Assembly (NCBI GenBank): GCA_963780185.1
Contig: CAWABA010000009.1
Location: 128,001-192,000, forward strand
Source: Candidatus Bathyarchaeota archaeon
Lineage (GTDB): Archaea; Thermoproteota; Bathyarchaeia; Bathyarchaeales; Bathycorpusculaceae
Direction: 5' to 3'
Length of the DNA stretch: 64,000 nt
Shown: positions 58,224 to 64,000 of the stretch, piece after piece
How the letters are laid out: each line of letters opens with the position of its first letter
How positions within the stretch are numbered: the stretch's first letter is position 1
Made by a program: the position numbers and the translations under genes
The notes under the pieces: model-generated
Database searches by the model: none
What the model saw: only the letters and a program-made list of their open reading frames with translations
What the model was told of the DNA's origin: nothing

Positions 58224-59223
58224 ATTGCCGCCAAATGGACTCTAACTCTTTCTCCGTTGGCTTTCGCGGATAATTGTAGATTGGCCCGCTGGGCTTCTCA
58301 TTGTAGAAAGGTCGGTTGCAATCTGCGCAGCCTGAAGTCAGAAAAGGTTCACCCGAACGAACCGCATCTTCTAAGGCTTTTTTGGCTAATCCAAAACCTG
58401 CAATTTTTCCATCATCATCAAAACGCATGCCGTCCCCCCTCGCTAATCCCTTAACAATCAAGAATCTGGCAAGTTGAACCCGCCTGTAAGATTCCAGCGG
58501 CGGCGGAGTGTTCTTTTCCAATGCGGTTCCCCGAACAGGCGTGAAGGCAAAAAGAGCAGGCAAAACCCCAAGGTCTACGCACCGCTGAATCACCTGCACT
58601 GCCTCCCGTTCACTCTCCCCTAGACCAACAATCACATGCGTGCTGATGTTGCCTTTCCCAAAAACCGCCAGCGCCTCGGCAAGCATACGGAACTGGCGGT
58701 CCCAGCTATAAGAGTCGCCTGCGCCTTCCCCCTTAACCCTGCTGAACAGCGTCTCAGTTGCCGCATCCAAAGCTACCCCTAACCTGTCAACGCCTGCATT
58801 CGATAGAAGCTCAATGTTTGCTCTGTTAAGAGGTTGGCAGGAAACCGAAATAGGAATGCGTGCTTCCTTTTTTATTTCTTTGACGAGGGCTTCAAGATGC
58901 TTGAACACATCTGGGTAGTTTAGGGCTTGGATGCAGACCCGCCTGATTTTGCCCATCCTGAACCCGTTTCCGATCGCCGACAGGACTTTTGGGGTTGGAA
59001 AGGTTGGCCACGTAACTCTGGAAAGCATCTCTGCACTGCTTTTGCTGCTTCGGGCTTGGGGGCAGAAGCCGCAGTTAGCCGTGCATTTGCCTAGCTTGTA
59101 GGTCATCAGGTACGCCGTTGTCGGCTCAGCATCCAACTTGCCTTCCAGCAACCCGAGAACGATGGCGGTGCCTGATGAAACGCGGATTATGTTCGGGAAC
59201 TGGGAGACGTTTTCTTGCTCCAA
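58207..59223 (-). CDS. Biotin-synthase-related radical SAM protein, LipS2-like
   Basis: PTTAYLM, CTANCGFCPQAR, LSRVTWP, HVIVGLGESE, LFAFTP, TSGCADCNRPFYNE. Confidence 0.8.
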   Translation of the reverse strand: MEQENVSQFPNIIRVSSGTAIVLGLLEGKLDAEPTTAYLMTYKLGKCTANCGFCPQARSSKSSAEMLSRVTWPTFPTPKVLSAIGNGFRMGKIRRVCIQALNYPDVFKHLEALVKEIKKEARIPISVSCQPLNRANIELLSNAGVDRLGVALDAATETLFSRVKGEGAGDSYSWDRQFRMLAEALAVFGKGNISTHVIVGLGESEREAVQVIQRCVDLGVLPALFAFTPVRGTALEKNTPPPLESYRRVQLARFLIVKGLARGDGMRFDDDGKIAGFGLAKKALEDAVRSGEPFLTSGCADCNRPFYNEKPSGPIYNYPRKPTEKELESIWRQFTISF

Positions 59224-59348
59224 TTGGGCAAACTACCGTGCCAAAAAGAAGCAACTGGTCGATTTATTGATAATGGTTCTCACAACAGAAAGGTATGAAA
59301 AAGCGGAGTCGACTAAAGTACAAAATGCTTTTCCCCATCACCCAGATT

Positions 59349-59732
59349 TTAGACAACAAATTCAACGCCTTCTAAATTCTTGAACCATTTGTCTCCCGTG
59401 AGAAATTTCACCTCAGATTTGAGCGCGAGATAGTATCCCAGTGCATCCGCGTAAGATATGTCGAAGCCGTTTTTCTTTAACTTCAATCGAAGCTTCATAG
59501 AGCCTTCGATGTCAGCTAGTCCAAAGTCTACTGTGTATTTCGCAAATGTTTTAGTTACTTTTGAAGCCGCCTCTGTCCCATGAACTTGGAGAGTGCGGAA
59601 ATATATTTCCAACAAATTGAGTTTGGTTAAAAAACCATCGTTTTCTTCAAAATAGGCGATGTATTTGGGGTTATCACTTAAGTATGCAAGAACAGCATAG
59701 CTATCATAGAAGAAGCGTTTGGTTTTCTGCAA
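59349..59732 (-). CDS. VapC/PIN-domain toxin
   Basis: FYDSYAVLAY, NLLEIY, ISYADALGY, FLTGDKWF. Confidence 0.88.
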   Translation of the reverse strand: MQKTKRFFYDSYAVLAYLSDNPKYIAYFEENDGFLTKLNLLEIYFRTLQVHGTEAASKVTKTFAKYTVDFGLADIEGSMKLRLKLKKNGFDISYADALGYYLALKSEVKFLTGDKWFKNLEGVEFVV

Positions 59733-59735
59733 GAT

Positions 59736-59942
59736 TTATCCCCAGCCGCGTCTCATTTCGTCTTTTTCGTGCTGCAAATCCTTGAACGGATACTTACCTC
59801 TAAGACTGCGTACATCAAACATTTTTCTAACTGTTATCTCGACTTCTTCCCCTTCCTTGAGCCCTTCTTCCTCAACCATTCCTTTCGGTAGAACGATGCC
59901 CAGTGAATTTCCCCAACATTTGATTTTTGCCTTAGTATTCAT
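59736..59942 (-). CDS. AbrB/MazE antitoxin
   Basis: KIKCWGNSLGIVLPKGMVEEEGLKEGEEV. Confidence 0.9.
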   Translation of the reverse strand: MNTKAKIKCWGNSLGIVLPKGMVEEEGLKEGEEVEITVRKMFDVRSLRGKYPFKDLQHEKDEMRRGWG

Positions 59943-60175
59943 AGTTATACTTGTATAACTAATTGCTTTAAAGTCTTTCTGCAAAAACTTCTACCCCAGT
60001 TTCAAGTATCAGTTCTGTCTTTTCTTAAAACCAGCAAAACACAGTAATCGCGGTCAGGCTGGCTATGCTCCGATATTTACCTCTTTTTGTTAGATTGATT
60101 CTGAGTTTGGGTTGACCCAAGCATAAGCTCTCACCCTTCTTATCAAGCCTGTAATAAAGCTGGGGTGAATCCTAT

Positions 60176-60688
60176 TTAGGCGGGTTTTTTTGTCAGGCTT
60201 AAGGCTCGGCTTGCAAGCGACAACAAGAAGAATCCGAGGAACGCGTACTCAACAAACGCAAATGTTGCCTGCGACGGGAGAACAAGCGTGAGCACGACGC
60301 CGATGTACAGTGCGCTGCCCGTGTACCTGCCGATGGGGTCATAGAGTTTCTTGGCGTAGACGCTTGAGGCTAAGAACTGAGCGAACGCTGCGGTTATCAG
60401 GAGTAGGAGCCAAACTGAGTAGAACCCTTCCAAGCAGAAGAAGCCGAAGATGCCCATTACGAGGATAAAGTCGGTTGCAGCATCGTAGTATGCGCCGAAC
60501 CTTGATGTCACTTTCAATTTCCGCGCCAAGTAGCCGTCGAAAAAGTCACTTAATGCACATGCAGCGAACAGGACCAAGCACAATGCAATGTTTCCAGTGG
60601 CGTAGAGGTAGAAGAAGAGGGGCAGAACTGCAATTCTGACTGAGCTGATGGCGAGCGGGATAAGGATTGGTTTCTGCATCGGCGACAA
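60176..60688 (-). CDS. CDP-alcohol phosphatidyltransferase
   Basis: SDFFDGYLARKLKVTSRFGAYYDAATD matches DxxDGxxAR...GxxxDxxxD. Confidence 0.9.
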   Translation of the reverse strand: MSPMQKPILIPLAISSVRIAVLPLFFYLYATGNIALCLVLFAACALSDFFDGYLARKLKVTSRFGAYYDAATDFILVMGIFGFFCLEGFYSVWLLLLITAAFAQFLASSVYAKKLYDPIGRYTGSALYIGVVLTLVLPSQATFAFVEYAFLGFFLLSLASRALSLTKKPA

Positions 60689-60769
60689 GTCGATATTTAC
60701 TCTTGATTTTTAAGTTAAATGTCTGCCTATGAAAATTCGTACAATTTCAGGTAAAACTTGAAAGTGCCG

Positions 60770-62146
60770 TCAGCGCATAACCTGGAAAGCCACATCTGTT
60801 AAACGTTCAACAGGCTCACCTAAGACGCCGTAGACGAGTCTTCCAAGATGTTTCCGTCCGTAAAACTGCGCATGCGCCTTGCCGATGGCGAATTTTAGTT
60901 TTCCTTCGCTGAAACCTGACGCGTAAAGGAGCTTGTGCCTTATTAAACGGTAGTTTTTTGGCTCTTCCCAATCCTCAATCGCGACGCCTTTGTCCTTGAC
61001 CCGGTCGTAGAGGGGTGTTCCAGGAATCGGGTAAGGCAACGTGAAAGACATGTAATCAAGCGGCAAACTCGAGGCGAAACGTACCGTGTCCAGCACCGTT
61101 TTGTTGCTTTCTCCTGGGTACCCGACGATGAAGAAGGCGCCGACTTTGAGCCCCGCAGCTTTAGTCGCGTACACCGCCTTCTTCGCTTGCTGAGTCGTTA
61201 TGCTTTTGTTCATTAAGCCTAAGACCGAGTCGTTGCCGGATTCTATCCCGAAGAACACGCGTAGGCACCCCGCACGTTTCATGCCTTCCGCCACTTTGGC
61301 GTCCATCGTGTCCACACGCGAAAGACATTCCCAGTCGGCATCTACTCGGCGGCGCACCAATTCGTCACACACGTTTAGGAGGTGGTTTCGGTTCAGGGTA
61401 AAACAGTCGTCCGCGAACCAGACACGTGAATACCCCAGCGACTTAATCTGCTCCACCTCGCCCACGATGCTTTGGACGCTGCGGCTTCTCATGTCAACCC
61501 CGAAGATTGGTCGACTGCAGAAATCACAGGAAAACGGGCACCCCCGCGAAGTAATCATCGACGACGTAGAATAGCCGAAATGGTGAAGGTAGTATTTTTT
61601 GTATGCGTCGTTGTCAAATAGTTCGCGGGAAGGAAGCCCCAGGCTGTCTAAGTCGCGGATGAATGGTCTGGGCTCAGTGTGCACAAGGTGGTCGCCGTCC
61701 CTGAAGACAAGCCCTCTAACGTTCGAGAACGCCGTTCCAGACGCGACGCAGCTGGCAAGTTCAACGATGGTTTCTTCGCCCTCACCCACCGCGACCGCGT
61801 CAAAAGTGCCAAGGAAACTTTCAGGCGACCAAGAAGGCATTGGACCGCCAACCACAAACAACCCGCAGTCCCCCATGCATTCGCCCTTAATCGCCGCCGC
61901 CAGCTCCAACGTCGTTTTCTTCATCGAAAACATCGAGTAAAAACCAACAATCTGCGCCTTCGCCCGCTTCACCCTTTCCACGGCTTCCCTGAACTGCATG
62001 AAAGTGCAGTCCACCAACTCAACTTCAAAACCATGCTTTTTCAAGGCGGCTGCTAAGTAGCCTAAACCCAGCGGCGGAAAACGAAAAATCGAATTATCAT
62101 TCTCCGGGTGAAAATACGGGTAAACAAGCGCTACCTTAGTCGTCAA
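60770..62146 (-). CDS. B12-binding radical SAM protein
   Basis: PPLGLGYLAA, VVGGP, GEGEET, TSRGCPFSCDFC, FADDCF, GIESG, FIVGYPGE. Confidence 0.92.
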   Translation of the reverse strand: MTTKVALVYPYFHPENDNSIFRFPPLGLGYLAAALKKHGFEVELVDCTFMQFREAVERVKRAKAQIVGFYSMFSMKKTTLELAAAIKGECMGDCGLFVVGGPMPSWSPESFLGTFDAVAVGEGEETIVELASCVASGTAFSNVRGLVFRDGDHLVHTEPRPFIRDLDSLGLPSRELFDNDAYKKYYLHHFGYSTSSMITSRGCPFSCDFCSRPIFGVDMRSRSVQSIVGEVEQIKSLGYSRVWFADDCFTLNRNHLLNVCDELVRRRVDADWECLSRVDTMDAKVAEGMKRAGCLRVFFGIESGNDSVLGLMNKSITTQQAKKAVYATKAAGLKVGAFFIVGYPGESNKTVLDTVRFASSLPLDYMSFTLPYPIPGTPLYDRVKDKGVAIEDWEEPKNYRLIRHKLLYASGFSEGKLKFAIGKAHAQFYGRKHLGRLVYGVLGEPVERLTDVAFQVMR

Positions 62147-62338
62147 AGAAGTTTTTCACCGCCGGAATGTGTTCTCAAAAATGGAAGCCTCGGAAATCAC
62201 TACGAAAAATAGAGCATGCAACCCTTTAAAAACCTTCCACACCGCGCCATATCGCGCCGATAACTTGCCATTTAATAGCCAGAGGCAGTGTTGGCAAAAC
62301 TTAATTATCACAACCTTCTAGGTCAACTGGGTTGTTCG

Positions 62339-62986
62339 ATGGCTAAGCTCACCGATTTAGGCTTCCAAAAAGGCGCAATCGCAGAAACCATAGTCTCCAC
62401 CTACAACAGCGACGGGTCGCCAAACGCTGCCCCCATGGGCGCCACCATCAAAAACCAGCAGCAGCTAACCATCGACCTATACAATTCATCCACAACGCTT
62501 GTCAACATAAAATCATGCAGATGCGCCGTCGTAAACTTGACCAGCAACATAGAAGTCTATTACAAAACAGCCTTCAAAGAAGCAAACTCAGACGGTGCGC
62601 TCCCCCAGGAATGGTTCACAAAAGCCCAAGCTGTAAACGCACCCAAACTACGCTTTGCGGAGGCGTCGGTTGAGGTTTCCGTGGCTGATTTGACGGCGGT
62701 TGGCGCGGAAAAAACAAGGGCGGTTCTTGACGTGGAGTTGCTGAAGGCGGAAAAGGTTTACCCGCAGGTTTACTGTCGCGCGTTTGGCTTGACGCTTGAA
62801 GCCATCGTCAACGCGACCCGCGTAAAAGCATTGGTAGGCGACCGAAAAGAACAGGTTCATGTCGGCGAGTTGGTGGGAAAAATTCGTGACTGCAACGTTT
62901 TGGTCGGTAGGGTTGCGCCAAACTCACCATATTCCGCGGTTATGGCTGATTTGATGAAAAGAGTTGAGGTGTGGAGTCAAAAATGA
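62339..62986 (+). CDS. DUF447-family protein
   Basis: ETIVSTYNSDGSPNAAPMG, CAVVNLT, CRAFGLTLEAIVNATR. Confidence 0.85.
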   Translation: MAKLTDLGFQKGAIAETIVSTYNSDGSPNAAPMGATIKNQQQLTIDLYNSSTTLVNIKSCRCAVVNLTSNIEVYYKTAFKEANSDGALPQEWFTKAQAVNAPKLRFAEASVEVSVADLTAVGAEKTRAVLDVELLKAEKVYPQVYCRAFGLTLEAIVNATRVKALVGDRKEQVHVGELVGKIRDCNVLVGRVAPNSPYSAVMADLMKRVEVWSQK

Positions 62987-64000
62987 AAGTTCTCCTTGTA
63001 ACCAGCGCGCTCGAGAAGGATGCGGTTGAAGGCTACGCCAAACAAAGCCAGGTGGAAACCGATGTGCTGGCGCTAAACGTCGCCGTCGCCGCCTTCCTAA
63101 CGCCTAAAACCATCAGCGAAGCCCTCAAAAAAACCAACATCAAAAGCTACGACTTAATCCTTACCCCCGGCTTAATCTGCGGCGACACCTCAGCCATCAC
63201 AAAAGCCGTCGGCACCCCCGCGTTTAAGGGTCCACGCTACGCCGCCAACCTGCCGCTTGTGCTGGATATGCTTGGGCAAGTTAAGCTTTCAACTGTTGAG
63301 CCAGCCTGCGACCTGCTTCGCGAGAAACTGCAGGAAAAAGCGTTGAAGGAAATAAAGAAAACCGAGCAAAACCGCTTGGAACTACTCAAGAAACCAGGCA
63401 GCATGCTCATCGGCGGCTTGGCTGTAGGCAAAGATTTTCCGATGCGTGTCCTCGCCGAAATCGTGGACGCACCCCAAATGACCGATGACGCCATTGTGCG
63501 GCTTGCGAAACGGTACGTGAAGGCAGGAGCAGACCTCGTCGACGTAGGCATGGTTGCTGGAGAATCTTACCCTTCTGAAGCCAAACGGATTGTGGCGCTT
63601 GTTAAACGGGCGGTGGATGTGCCTGTGAGTATTGATTCGCTTGACCCAGCAGAAATCCGCGAAGCCGTCCGCGGAGGCGCAGACTTGGTTTTAAGCGGCG
63701 ACGCAGGCAACCTCGAAGAGATCTCGCCCTTCGCCTCAAAAGTCGCCGTCGTCGTGATTCCGACAAACCAGCGGCAAGGGGTCTTTCCCAAAAAAGCCGA
63801 GGAACGCGTGGCTTTTCTCGAGGAAACAATCGCGAAGGCAAAACGGCTCGGTATATCAAAATGCGTCGCTGACCTTATTCTTGACCCAACCGACGTTTTG
63901 GAGTCTTTCACCGCTTTCAGAATGTTCGCCCAAAGAAACCCCGATGTGCCCCTGTTCGTGGGTGTTTCAAACGTGACTGAACTGATGGATGCGGATTCCG
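62983..64000 (+). CDS. Dihydropteroate synthase-like protein (archaeal; truncated by the window edge)
   Basis: Hand translation: MKVLLVTS...VAVAAFLTP...PAFKGPRYAA...PMRVLAEIVDAP...GADLVDVGM...VSIDSLDP...FVGVSNVTELMDADS; overlaps the DUF447 stop. Confidence 0.88.
   Translation, partial: MKVLLVTSALEKDAVEGYAKQSQVETDVLALNVAVAAFLTPKTISEALKKTNIKSYDLILTPGLICGDTSAITKAVGTPAFKGPRYAANLPLVLDMLGQVKLSTVEPACDLLREKLQEKALKEIKKTEQNRLELLKKPGSMLIGGLAVGKDFPMRVLAEIVDAPQMTDDAIVRLAKRYVKAGADLVDVGMVAGESYPSEAKRIVALVKRAVDVPVSIDSLDPAEIREAVRGGADLVLSGDAGNLEEISPFASKVAVVVIPTNQRQGVFPKKAEERVAFLEETIAKAKRLGISKCVADLILDPTDVLESFTAFRMFAQRNPDVPLFVGVSNVTELMDADS

Noticed and set aside
63237-63911. Minus-strand ORFs at the window end
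   Set aside because: Shadows of the plus-strand DHPS-like gene that runs off the window
1-64000. CRISPR array, cas genes, rRNA, integrase or provirus
   Set aside because: No regularly spaced 25-40 bp repeats, and no recognisable cas, rRNA, recombinase or virion genes

Overview
Archaeal chromosomal DNA. The gene content most resembles Bathyarchaeia (inference from a Cdv/ESCRT operon, geranylgeranyl reductase, Lhr, RbkR-type riboflavin kinase, Pro/Thr-stalked surface proteins and many small Zn-ribbon proteins). Most of the window is housekeeping: rpsJ, asnC/asnA, pckG, ribK/ribL, dph5, cobD/cbiB, thiolase-DUF35, apgM, lhr, cdvB-cdvA-cdvB-cdvC, a LipS2-like radical SAM and a DHPS-like gene, plus two AbrB/VapC toxin-antitoxin pairs. 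There are three AT-rich accessory patches: a TIR-domain gene next to a tRNA 3' remnant (~5.4-6.8 kb); a ~3 kb cargo element with inverted repeats and flanking TA but no recognisable transposase (44020-47006); and a PD-(D/E)xK nuclease with a tRNA remnant and a wHTH pair (~52.4-54.5 kb). Many genes between 15.6 and 29 kb carry single-base indels, most likely assembly errors. The best candidates for undescribed biology are: a reconstructed receptor-like protein (ectodomain, PT stalk, TM, helical repeat, PCI-like winged helix); an EspG-like/effector-like gene pair; an RNase HII-like/Zn-finger divergent pair; an arrestin-fold Zn-ribbon protein near the ESCRT locus; and the transposase-less cargo element. 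No rRNA, intact tRNA or CRISPR array was found. Family calls come from motif recognition by eye, not from database searches.
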